Of a stretch of 64,000 nucleotides of DNA, positions 44,179-53,253 are shown one piece after another; positions within the stretch are counted from its first letter, which is position 1, and every line of letters begins with the position of its first letter. Made by a program: the position numbers and the translations under genes. Source of the DNA: Gammaproteobacteria bacterium (GTDB lineage Bacteria > Pseudomonadota > Gammaproteobacteria > Ga0077536). The notes beneath the pieces are model-generated. The model saw only the letters and a program-made list of their open reading frames with translations, was not told the origin of the DNA and ran no database searches. Where the stretch lies: positions 444-64,443 of the forward strand of contig JAYODW010000020.1 in NCBI GenBank assembly GCA_038116745.1, read 5' to 3'.

Positions 44179-45879
44179 TCAGCCGCGGTAGTCGCGCGCT
44201 GCGGCCTCCGCGCTGACATAACCTTCGGCAACGTCATCTTCAAGACGCTCAGGCGCGCGTGCTGCAGGATCGCCCCAGCCGCCGCCCCCGGGTGTATCGA
44301 GCTGTACCCGGTCGCCGTCTTTGATCACCACGTTCGACCACTTGCTGGTCGAGCTCTTGCCGAACGCCTCAACCATGGTCTGCCAGTCCCGCGACCCTGA
44401 GCGCTGAAAGCGGGTCATGCCGGGCGCGCCGGCGCCTCCGCCATCCGCCCCCCAGGCCGCATGCTCGTGGCGATCGGTGAGCTGGCTGCAGGTGATGTCA
44501 GCCTGCAGACAGCGCCAGGTTTTGCGCGTCCCCAGTCCGCCGCGGAATTCGCCTGCGCCGCCCGAGTCCGGGCGTAAAGTGTACTCCTCGGTCAGCCAGG
44601 GATAACGGGTCTCGAAGACTTCGACCGGCATGACGCGGCAGTTGCCGTTGATGGAATCGGTCGCGTCGTTGCCGTCGGCAAACGATCGCGCCCCCCAGCC
44701 CACCGTCTCGATGTCGTAGCAGGCAAAGTATTCTCCGTGCCGATCGGTGCCCCCGAAGACGAAATTGAGGTGCGTGCCGCCCTCCCCGGCCATGGCCCGC
44801 GCCGGCGCCGCCTGCGCCAGGGCGCCGATAACCGCGCCGGCTATGCGTGGATGCGTTTCCGTGTTGCCGCCGACCTCGGGCGCCGGGTAGTCGACATTGA
44901 CGATAGTCCCGCGCGGCGCGAGTACTTTCAGCGGCCGGAAGCAGCCGGAATTCCGCGGGATGGAGGGATCGGTCAGGTGCAGCACCGCGTTGTACGCCGC
45001 CGACCAGGCCACCCCGAGGGTGGCGTTAATCGGTCCCGCCACCTGGGCCGAGCTGCCGGTGTAGTCGATGACGATCTCCTCCCCCTGGACGTGGCAGTGC
45101 GCCTCAATGCGGATCTCTGAATCCGACACGCCGTCGTTATCCATGTAGTCAACGAAGCTGTAGCGCCCATCCGGAATGGCGGCGATCTCGGCACGCATAC
45201 GCGCCTCGGAGTAATCCATCAGGTCTGCGCAGGTAGTGACAAAGGTGTCCCGGCCGTATTTCTCGACCACCTCGCCGAGGCGCTGCACGCCCAGCTCAAC
45301 GCCGGCGATCATGGCGCGCATATCGCCGTAGTTGTAGCGCGGCGTACGCACGTTCGCTAGCCAGAGTTTCCATACCTCGGCGACGTCCTCTCCGCGCTTT
45401 TTAATCTTCACCGGCGGCACCCGGATCCCTTCATGGAAGATCTCGGTGGCCTCGGCCGGAAAGCCGCCTGGCACCATGCCGCCCACCTCGGCGACGTGAC
45501 CGATGGCCACAGCAAACGCCACCAGCTGCTCGTCGACAAACAGCGGGCAGAACAAAGTGTGCTCCGGTGTGTGCAGCCCGCCCCGGTAAGGATCGTTGTG
45601 CACCAGCACGTCGCCCGGCTCGATGTCAGTGATCGGGATCTCCTGCAGGCAGGAACGGATCAGCAGAGGCATGCCGCCAATCTGCGCCGGGCAGAACTCA
45701 GCCACGGCCAGCATTTCACCCGCAGGCGACGCAATCCCGCAGGTGAAATCGAGCGCCTCGTTGAAAATCGTCGAATAGGAGGTCTTCATCAAGGTGATCC
45801 CCATCTCCCGGCAGATGGAAACCATCGTGTTCTCGACGATGTTCATCGTCACGAGATCCAGTGCACGTGGTGCGCTCAT
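44179..45879 (-). CDS. Hydantoinase B / oxoprolinase family protein (beta component)
   Basis: 566 aa with N-terminal LVTMNIVENTMVSICREMGITLMKTSYSTIFNEALDFTCG. It overlaps the upstream gene by 4 nt. Confidence 0.9.
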   Translation of the reverse strand: MSAPRALDLVTMNIVENTMVSICREMGITLMKTSYSTIFNEALDFTCGIASPAGEMLAVAEFCPAQIGGMPLLIRSCLQEIPITDIEPGDVLVHNDPYRGGLHTPEHTLFCPLFVDEQLVAFAVAIGHVAEVGGMVPGGFPAEATEIFHEGIRVPPVKIKKRGEDVAEVWKLWLANVRTPRYNYGDMRAMIAGVELGVQRLGEVVEKYGRDTFVTTCADLMDYSEARMRAEIAAIPDGRYSFVDYMDNDGVSDSEIRIEAHCHVQGEEIVIDYTGSSAQVAGPINATLGVAWSAAYNAVLHLTDPSIPRNSGCFRPLKVLAPRGTIVNVDYPAPEVGGNTETHPRIAGAVIGALAQAAPARAMAGEGGTHLNFVFGGTDRHGEYFACYDIETVGWGARSFADGNDATDSINGNCRVMPVEVFETRYPWLTEEYTLRPDSGGAGEFRGGLGTRKTWRCLQADITCSQLTDRHEHAAWGADGGGAGAPGMTRFQRSGSRDWQTMVEAFGKSSTSKWSNVVIKDGDRVQLDTPGGGGWGDPAARAPERLEDDVAEGYVSAEAAARDYRG

Positions 45880-47927
45880 GCCTCACTCCCCTCTTCGTCC
45901 GCGATAGCGTTGATGATGAGATGTCCTTCGTCATGGACAGTGACCCGCTGCCCCGGTGCGACCACCGTCGTGGACGCAGCTTCCTCAATCAGCGCCGGCC
46001 CTGCAATCACGGCGCCCGGCCCGAGGTCTGCGCGATTCAAAACCCGGGCATCCAGACGCCCTTTTTCGAACCACACAGGACGAGTGCTCGACGGCACCTC
46101 GCGCCCCGGCTCCAGTCGCGCGAGTTCGGGCTTGGCTGTTGCTACCACTGCCCGGCATTTCAGCGTGATGACCTCGATAACCTCCTGCGGAATAGCGAAG
46201 CCGAAGCGCGCTTCATGCAGCGCATGGAATCGTGCCCACAGCTGGGCAGCCCCGTCCTCATCGAAGGCTTCACGCTCATACGGCACATCAAGCGCGTAGT
46301 TCTGCCCCAGGTAGCGCATTTCCAGCACAAGCTCGATGCGAGGGGGATCGGCATAGCCCTGCGCGGCAAGATCCTGGCGTGCCTTTTCAACCAGCCGCTG
46401 AAGCAGCTCTGTGCTGCGGGTGAAGTCGAGATGCGCCGAGGTCATCTGCACGGTCTGCTCGAGATCGATCCGGGCGTCGGCAAACGCAAAGCCGAGAGCG
46501 GAAAACTGCCCGGGAAACAGCGGCACGATCCCACGCGGAATACCTGCCTCGAGCATCAGTTCGCCCACATGGAGCGGCCCTGCACCGCCGAACGCCAGCA
46601 GCGCGAAGTCACGCGGATCCAGTCCGCGCTCGATCAGCACGGTGCGTAATGCGCCGACCATGTTGTTGTTCACAATGCGCAGGATAGCCAGCGCCGCCTG
46701 CTCGAGATCCATGTCGATGCGGGTCGCGATAGTCCCGACAGCGCGCTCAGCGGCAGCCGCGTCCAGTTGCATACCTCCGCCCAGAAATCCAGCCGCGTTA
46801 AGCCGCCCCAGCACCACATTGGCATCGGTCACCGTGGCCGCATCACCGCCGAACCCGTAGCACGCAGGTCCGGGACTCGCGCCTGCGCTCTGCGGCCCCA
46901 CCCGCAGCATGCCGCCGCGATCGACCCAAGCGATGGAGCCGCCACCGGCGCCAATCGTGCGGATATCGATCATCGGGATCTGGATCGGGACGCCGAACTC
47001 GATTTCGAAATCCGTGGTAAACGCCATCTGCCCTCTGACCAGTGGCGAACAGTCGGTCGACGTGCCACCCATGTCGAGCGTGACGATATTCGCGTCGCCC
47101 GTGCGCGCGGCGATCTCAGCCGCCGCGACGACGCCGCCGCTCGGGCCGGACAGGGTCATGTGCACGGGCTGTCGTCCGGCGGCCTCCAGCGACATCTCGC
47201 CGCCGTTGGATTTCATGACCACCGCGGTGCCCCGGATCCCGGCCCCGGCGAACCTTGCCTCCATGTCGCTGAGGTAACGCAGAACGACCGGCTTCACATA
47301 GGCATCTGCAAGCACCGTCGAGGCACGCTCGTACTCTTTCCATTTGGGCAGCACTTCACTCGATAAAGAGATCGGGATGTCGCCCAGCATCGCACTCAAA
47401 CCGTCGCGCAGCTGCCGCTCGTGTGCGGGCGAGAGGTATGAGAACAACAGATTGATCGCGATCGCCTCAATGTCACCCACGTCGCGGATCTGTGTCCCCA
47501 GTGCCTGTATCGCGGTGTCAGACAGAGGCTGCATCACTTCTCCGGTGCTCAGCACCCGCTCGTCGACTTCAAAGCAGTGACGGCGGCGCACCAGTGGTTT
47601 GGGTTTGACCCAGCTGCTGTCGTAGTGGTGCGCGCGGTTGCCGCGCTGCAGGAAAGGGATGTCGCGGAAGCCCTGTGTCGTGACATAAGCCACCTCGGCC
47701 CCTTTGCGCTCGAGAATGGCGTTGGTAGCCACCGTTGTACCCAGGCGCATGATGTCGACATCTGCTAGGGCTTCGAGCTGACGCAGTCCTTCCAGAATGC
47801 CCGCAGTAGGGTCCTCAGGATGAGAAAGATTCTTCCATGCAGTCAGCTGATTCGTACTGCGATCCCAGGCGACGAAATCCGTGAACGTGCCACCGACGTC
47901 GATCCCGAGCAGGTAACGCCCCATCAT
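45876..47927 (-). CDS. Hydantoinase A / oxoprolinase family protein (ATP-binding alpha component)
   Basis: 683 aa with LGIDVGGTFTDFV and DMGGTSTD ASKHA-fold motifs. Confidence 0.9.
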   Translation of the reverse strand: MMGRYLLGIDVGGTFTDFVAWDRSTNQLTAWKNLSHPEDPTAGILEGLRQLEALADVDIMRLGTTVATNAILERKGAEVAYVTTQGFRDIPFLQRGNRAHHYDSSWVKPKPLVRRRHCFEVDERVLSTGEVMQPLSDTAIQALGTQIRDVGDIEAIAINLLFSYLSPAHERQLRDGLSAMLGDIPISLSSEVLPKWKEYERASTVLADAYVKPVVLRYLSDMEARFAGAGIRGTAVVMKSNGGEMSLEAAGRQPVHMTLSGPSGGVVAAAEIAARTGDANIVTLDMGGTSTDCSPLVRGQMAFTTDFEIEFGVPIQIPMIDIRTIGAGGGSIAWVDRGGMLRVGPQSAGASPGPACYGFGGDAATVTDANVVLGRLNAAGFLGGGMQLDAAAAERAVGTIATRIDMDLEQAALAILRIVNNNMVGALRTVLIERGLDPRDFALLAFGGAGPLHVGELMLEAGIPRGIVPLFPGQFSALGFAFADARIDLEQTVQMTSAHLDFTRSTELLQRLVEKARQDLAAQGYADPPRIELVLEMRYLGQNYALDVPYEREAFDEDGAAQLWARFHALHEARFGFAIPQEVIEVITLKCRAVVATAKPELARLEPGREVPSSTRPVWFEKGRLDARVLNRADLGPGAVIAGPALIEEAASTTVVAPGQRVTVHDEGHLIINAIADEEGSEA

Positions 47928-48051
47928 GTTCCCTCCATCACGTCATTCCGCGGCCCGCGGGATCCGGTATCCTCCACCCGCCGTCATGCCGATAACTCTC
48001 CACCATGTTACCGCCGCGCGATCTGCAGTCAGCAGACGGGAGGCCTCTATC

Positions 48052-49380
48052 ATGCCACCCCGTTGCCGGTTCGGGACGGGCGCTCTGCCTGTCCTCTTGT
48101 GCGCCGCCCTGTTCGCGGCCCCAGCAATGGCTTTGCCGCCCGTCAAGTTCGCCGGCCTTGAGCTGACACCGACGTTTCAGACTCTGATTGGTCTGCAGCA
48201 CGGCGACAACGTCAACTACGGCCTGGGCGCGCTGGATTCCATCGGAGAAACCGAGCGCGACACGCTCTACGTGGCGTTCAAACCAAAGGTCGATGCGCTC
48301 TACGATACCGAGACCTGGAGCGCTTACGGCGCCGCATCGTTTGTCGCTGCAACGACGACCCTCGACGGTGAGATTTCCGGGCAGGTGGCACGTTCCGGCG
48401 ACCAGGCCTTTGACACCGATCACCTCTACCTCGGCTGGCGTAACGAACTGTTCGACCTGTCGGTAGGCGGGCAGGAGTTTTCGGTCGGCGACGGTTTCAT
48501 CATCGGTGACGGCAACTACAACAAGGGCGGCGAGAACGGGCAGTACTGGACCGGCGCGTTTCTCGCCTGGCGCAACAGCGCGATTCTGAAAATCAATACC
48601 GAGCCCGTCCGCGCCGATATCTTCTGGCTGCGCACCGACAAGGATTTCAAAGACAGCCGGGTCGTCGGCATCAATATCGAGACGACCACCCGGGACACCT
48701 TCGGCACGATCGGCGTGATGTACCTGGAAGTGCTGCAGGGCGGTGCGTTCAATCTCGACGGCATCAACGCCTGGAACGTCCGCGGCGCCAATATCAAGGT
48801 ACCCGGCCTGCCGAATCTGGAGCTGTTCGGTGAATGGGTGCTGGAGCTCGGCACCGACAAGCAGGCCGGAGGACGGGACAACAACGCCATCGGCTGGTAT
48901 CTCGAGGGGCAGTACACCTTTGTTGACATGCCCTGGACACCCCGCGTGTCCTACCGTTACGCCCGTATGTCCGGCGATGAACTCGACACCGAAGACAACG
49001 AGGAATACCGCGGCCTCTACTTCACCATCTTCCGGCGCGACTGGGATACCTGGTACCAGGGCGAAATCGCCGGCGAATATCACCTCTACAACCAGAACCA
49101 GATCACCCAGATGTTCAAGGTGAAGACATTTCCGCGCCCCGCCTGGGCGATCACCTTCTATTACTACCACCATGAGCTGGAAGAGCCGCAATACTTCGGC
49201 ACCCCGGTGACATCCAGCAACTGGGCCGATGAGATTAATTTCGGTTTTGAGCATTTCCGCGGACAGAGCTTTTACGGCTATGCCGGTATCGCCTGGTCGA
49301 CGCCCAACGCCGCTGCAAAACAGATCTACGGCGACAAGAACTTCGCCGTGCTGCAGACCTGGCTGTCATTCGTCTTCTGA
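48052..49380 (+). CDS. Outer-membrane beta-barrel channel (porin/alginate-export-like)
   Basis: Lies in ORF 47926..49380. The ATG at 48052 follows GGGAGG. It has the signal peptide LPVLLCAALFAAPAMA, alternating aromatic/polar strands, and the C-terminal ...LQTWLSFVF. Confidence 0.65.
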   Translation: MPPRCRFGTGALPVLLCAALFAAPAMALPPVKFAGLELTPTFQTLIGLQHGDNVNYGLGALDSIGETERDTLYVAFKPKVDALYDTETWSAYGAASFVAATTTLDGEISGQVARSGDQAFDTDHLYLGWRNELFDLSVGGQEFSVGDGFIIGDGNYNKGGENGQYWTGAFLAWRNSAILKINTEPVRADIFWLRTDKDFKDSRVVGINIETTTRDTFGTIGVMYLEVLQGGAFNLDGINAWNVRGANIKVPGLPNLELFGEWVLELGTDKQAGGRDNNAIGWYLEGQYTFVDMPWTPRVSYRYARMSGDELDTEDNEEYRGLYFTIFRRDWDTWYQGEIAGEYHLYNQNQITQMFKVKTFPRPAWAITFYYYHHELEEPQYFGTPVTSSNWADEINFGFEHFRGQSFYGYAGIAWSTPNAAAKQIYGDKNFAVLQTWLSFVF

Positions 49381-49391
49381 GGTGCCACACC

Positions 49392-50351
49392 ATGACCGAA
49401 CCGATAGCGAAGCTCAGCGCCCTCGAGCATCCTGAAAGCTGGAGCCAGGGCTGCGCGTTTATCGAGGGTGAATTCGTACCCATCGCCGACGCAAAGATCC
49501 CCATGCTCGATTTCGGCTTCACCCGCTCAGACTGCACATACGACGTCGTTTCCGTTTGGAATGGGCACTTCTTTCGTCTCGACGACCATCTGGCGCGTTT
49601 CACGCGCTCTTGCGCCCGCGGGCGTTTCACGCCACCGCTGTCTACCGAGCAGATGCGGAGCTGCCTCAGCGAATGCGTACGCCGCACAGGCCTTGATTCC
49701 GCCTATGTCGAAATGCTGGTCACCCGCGGAGTACCGGAAAACGGTGAGCGGGACCCGAGAAAAGTGCGCAATCGTTTTTATGCCTTTGCCATCCCTTACG
49801 TGTGGATCGCCTCTCCTGAAGTGCAGGAAACGGGCCTCAGTATGGTCATCGCACGCGATACGACCCGCATTGAGCCAGGGTCTGTCGACCCGACGATGAA
49901 GAACTTCCACTGGGGCGACCTGGTGCGCGGCCTGCTCGAGGCTTACGACCGCGATGCCGCCAACGTCGTGCTGCTGAACAGCGCGGGCCAGGTCACCGAG
50001 GGCCCGGGTTTCAATCTTTTCGCTTGGACCGACGGCGCGCTGTGGACGCCGGCTCACGGTGTCCTGGAAGGCATTACGCGGGCGACCGTACTTGAACTTG
50101 CCGCTGAGCAGCGCCTGCCTGTGCGGGTCACGGACTTCGGCCCGGATCGCTTGCGGCAGGCAGAAGAATTGTTTATCACGAGCACCGCGGGCGGGGTGAT
50201 GCCGGTCACGCAGCTCGATGGCCTCCCCGTCGCCAACGGTCTTCCCGGTCCTGTCACGCTGGGTCTCCGTCGCGCCTACTGGGATGCCCATACGGATCCG
50301 CGCTGGTCAACACCGGCCGCGACGCACACCATGAAAGGCTCCAGGGAATGA
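49392..50351 (+). CDS. Fold-type IV (class IV) aminotransferase of the (R)-selective amine transaminase subfamily
   Basis: 319 aa with the blocks TYDVVSVWNGHFFRLDDHLARFTRSC, YVEMLVTRG, YVWI, DPTMKNFHWGDLVRG, TEGPGFNLF and STAGGVMPVTQLDG. They are co-linear with the fungal R-ATA sequence as I recall it ([49 protein letters not shown] ...). Confidence 0.8.
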   Translation: MTEPIAKLSALEHPESWSQGCAFIEGEFVPIADAKIPMLDFGFTRSDCTYDVVSVWNGHFFRLDDHLARFTRSCARGRFTPPLSTEQMRSCLSECVRRTGLDSAYVEMLVTRGVPENGERDPRKVRNRFYAFAIPYVWIASPEVQETGLSMVIARDTTRIEPGSVDPTMKNFHWGDLVRGLLEAYDRDAANVVLLNSAGQVTEGPGFNLFAWTDGALWTPAHGVLEGITRATVLELAAEQRLPVRVTDFGPDRLRQAEELFITSTAGGVMPVTQLDGLPVANGLPGPVTLGLRRAYWDAHTDPRWSTPAATHTMKGSRE

Positions 50352-51430
50352 CCAACCCCATACGACTCGAGGACACCACCGAGACCAATCCGGTGTCGCT
50401 CCCCTCTCCGCTCGGCTTCGGCCGAGTGTTCACCGACCGCATGTTCACCCAGCGTTACAACGCAGAGGACGGCTGGCACGACGCGACTATCGGTCCCTAC
50501 CGGCCGTTCGAGCTTGATCCCGCCACGACGGTCTACCACAACGGACAGATGATCTTCGACGGGACCAAGGCCTATCGGCGGGACGATGGCGACATCAACC
50601 TGTTCCGCACCAGACTGAATGCTGAACGCTTCAATGAGTCGGCCGGTCGCATGGGCATGCCGCTGGTGCCTATTGAGGAACATCTCGCTGCGATAAGGGA
50701 GCTGGTGCGGCTGGAACATCGCTGGGTACCCGATCGCCCTGGCACATCGCTGTATATCCGTCCGGTGATGATCGCGACAGAAAAAACCCTGGAAGTGCGG
50801 GCCAGCCGCGAATATCTGCACTACATCATCCTCTCGCCGGTCGCGCCTTACTTCGCAGACGGCTTTGCCCCCGTCTCGGTTTATGTCTCAGACGAATATG
50901 TACGCGCCGTGCGCGGTGGCACAGGTGAAGCCAAAACACCCGGCAACTATGCGGGATCGATCGCGGCCACTGAAATCGCGCTGTCGCGGGGTTGCCAGCA
51001 GGTGTTATGGCTCGACGGCGTGGAGCGTCGCTACGTCGACGAAGTCGGGGCCATGAATATCGCCTTTGTCTTCAACGACAAGGAGATTGTTACCCCTACG
51101 CTGACCGGCGCCATCCTGCGGGGTGTCACCCGCCGCTCCCTGCTCGAGATGGCCCCCGACCTGGGCTATTCGGTGACGGAACGCCGGGTGCTGTTTCAGG
51201 AGATTGTTGACGGGCTCAGCAGCGGCACAGTCACCGAGATATTCGGCATGGGCACCGGCGCCGTTATCGCCCCGGTCGGACGTCTGAACTACCAGGCGCA
51301 GGACATCGAAGTACGTGACGGCAGACCGGGCCCGGTGGCGACATCGCTCTACGAGTCTCTGACCGGCTTGCAGTACGGGCGCAGACCCGATCCCTACGGA
51401 TGGACTGAACGCGTAGTGGTGCCAACCTAG
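50348..51430 (+). CDS. ilvE: Branched-chain amino acid aminotransferase (long, ~360-aa type)
   Basis: 360 aa with FDGTKAYR, LYIRPVMIATE, and the catalytic-Lys block GEAKTPGNYAGS. An ATGA overlap links it to the preceding gene. Confidence 0.9.
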   Translation: MTNPIRLEDTTETNPVSLPSPLGFGRVFTDRMFTQRYNAEDGWHDATIGPYRPFELDPATTVYHNGQMIFDGTKAYRRDDGDINLFRTRLNAERFNESAGRMGMPLVPIEEHLAAIRELVRLEHRWVPDRPGTSLYIRPVMIATEKTLEVRASREYLHYIILSPVAPYFADGFAPVSVYVSDEYVRAVRGGTGEAKTPGNYAGSIAATEIALSRGCQQVLWLDGVERRYVDEVGAMNIAFVFNDKEIVTPTLTGAILRGVTRRSLLEMAPDLGYSVTERRVLFQEIVDGLSSGTVTEIFGMGTGAVIAPVGRLNYQAQDIEVRDGRPGPVATSLYESLTGLQYGRRPDPYGWTERVVVPT

Positions 51431-51473
51431 AAGCTTTTCATTTCTTTTTTGTGCTGAAACCAGAGGGATCCCC

Positions 51474-51944
51474 ATGAGCACGGTACCGCTGATCGAATAC
51501 GAGGAGGCCAGCGCGGAGGTGCGCGCGGTCTATGACGAAATCCGCGCCTCGCGAAAGACCGATTTCATCAACAACTTCTGGAAAGCGCTGGCGCATAACC
51601 CGGACCAGCTACGCCGCACCTGGGATCAGATCCGCGCTGTTATGGCGCCAGGCGCGCTGGACCCGATGACCAAAGAGCTGATCTACATCGCGGTATCGGT
51701 TGCCAACGGGTGCGAATACTGCACGCACTCGCATACCGCCGCGGCCAGAGCGAAAGGCATGACCGAGGCGCAATATGCGGAGCTGCTCGCTGTGATCGGA
51801 CTCGCCCACCAGACGAATGGACTGGTGACAACCTTGCAGGTCGAGGTGGATGACGCCTTCAACGCCCGACGGTCCCGCGCCCGCAGCACTCGGCGGGCTC
51901 GCCAGGCCTGTCGAGCGGCGCGCTGTGGCGGAAGAGCTAATTGA
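51474..51944 (+). CDS. Carboxymuconolactone decarboxylase (AhpD-like) family protein
   Basis: 156 aa with the CxxC-H motif VANGCEYCTHSH. The Arg-rich C-terminal tail looks atypical. Confidence 0.75.
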   Translation: MSTVPLIEYEEASAEVRAVYDEIRASRKTDFINNFWKALAHNPDQLRRTWDQIRAVMAPGALDPMTKELIYIAVSVANGCEYCTHSHTAAARAKGMTEAQYAELLAVIGLAHQTNGLVTTLQVEVDDAFNARRSRARSTRRARQACRAARCGGRAN

Positions 51945-53253
51945 GATCTACACCCGCGACAGTGCAGTCTACGCGCAGGCGCGCCGCGAACGCTTCGCGA
52001 CAGTGCGTCAGCATACGGGCCTGGATGTGCTGGGCTCAGTTCTGGCGTCGATTGCGTTAGCGGTTTTTCTTTATCGCCCGGAGATAGCATCGACCGTGTG
52101 GTTGTGGCTGGTCGCGGTCAACGCGATGCCAGCGCTGCGGCTGTACCTCTCGCGCAGCAGCGCGCGCGGCGCTGTCGACCCTGACCACGAACTTCAGATC
52201 AACCGCCTGTTCGCACTGAGCCTGGTCATCGGCGGCGCCGCCTGGATGGCCGCTTTTTTTCTCCTGACAGAACCGGCCGCTCTTCCCCAGCGCGCCAGCG
52301 TGGCCATCTGGCTGGTTGGTTCCAGCGCCTGGGTGGTCTCTGCCTATTCGCTGGTACTGGAGGCAGTGCTCGGCCTGCTGTTCGTGCAGATGATCCCGAT
52401 CGCCGTGCACCTGTTCTTCTCCGGGGAGCCTGTGCAACAGCTTTTTGCCATCGGCGCTACCGTCTTCGTTCCGTGTATGTCTCTGATTGCAATTCGGAAC
52501 AACATCCTGCTGATGCGCGGCGCCATCACGGAGCTCGAGAGACGCGAGCTTGTCAGCCAGCTCGAAGAGGAACGCCAGGCCGTGGTGACGCTGAATCGGG
52601 AGCTCGAACAGGACATAGAGCGCCGCCGGCTTGTCGAGTCCGATTTAAGGGAAGCAAAAACCCGCGCCGAGTCCCTGGCTGAAAGACTGGAGAAGCTGTC
52701 TGCGCTCGACGGCCTCACCGGCATTGCGAACCGACGTCGCTTCGATCAGACCCTGCAGCGCGAGTGGAGCCGCGCGTTACGCAGCCAGAAGCCACTGGCG
52801 CTGGTGCTCGGCGACATCGACTATTTCAAAGAGTACAACGACCGCTACGGCCATCAGGCGGGCGACGCCGCACTGAGGCAGCTCGCGCAGCTGCTGGAAC
52901 GCTCTGCGCGCCGGGGCGGTGACCTGGCGGCGCGCTACGGCGGCGAAGAATTCACCCTGCTCATGCCGGAAACAACGCTGAGTCAGGCGGTAAAAATGGC
53001 TGAGCTCGTGCGCGAAAGCCTGCAGCAGCTCGGCGTGCCGCACGACGCCTCCAAGGCCGCACACGTGCTGACAGCCAGCTTCGGTGTGACCGCCATGGTC
53101 CCTACCGAGGAAAGCTCACCGGCGCAGCTGGTCAAGGCAGCTGATGACGCGCTCTATGCCGCCAAAGCACAGGGGCGCAATATCGTGCTGACCAGCGACG
53201 GCGGCACCGATGGCTCATGCGTTCTTGATAGTCATTCCTCCATCGACCGGTAG
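51850..53253 (+). CDS. Membrane-anchored diguanylate cyclase (GGDEF domain)
   Basis: 467 aa with about 5-6 TM segments, a coiled coil, then LDGLTGIANRR, DIDYFKEYND and RYGGEEF. The start is uncertain: the GTG at 51925 would reduce the overlap with the CMD gene from 95 to 20 nt. Confidence 0.8.
   Translation: MTPSTPDGPAPAALGGLARPVERRAVAEELIEIYTRDSAVYAQARRERFATVRQHTGLDVLGSVLASIALAVFLYRPEIASTVWLWLVAVNAMPALRLYLSRSSARGAVDPDHELQINRLFALSLVIGGAAWMAAFFLLTEPAALPQRASVAIWLVGSSAWVVSAYSLVLEAVLGLLFVQMIPIAVHLFFSGEPVQQLFAIGATVFVPCMSLIAIRNNILLMRGAITELERRELVSQLEEERQAVVTLNRELEQDIERRRLVESDLREAKTRAESLAERLEKLSALDGLTGIANRRRFDQTLQREWSRALRSQKPLALVLGDIDYFKEYNDRYGHQAGDAALRQLAQLLERSARRGGDLAARYGGEEFTLLMPETTLSQAVKMAELVRESLQQLGVPHDASKAAHVLTASFGVTAMVPTEESSPAQLVKAADDALYAAKAQGRNIVLTSDGGTDGSCVLDSHSSIDR

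Noticed and set aside
47938-49254. 438-aa ORF on the minus strand, antisense to the outer-membrane barrel gene
   Set aside because: Its composition (G/A/V/R/P-rich, low complexity) is typical of antisense frames in high-GC DNA. The plus-strand product has a signal peptide, beta-strand periodicity and a terminal Phe, and is followed by a tightly spaced operon.
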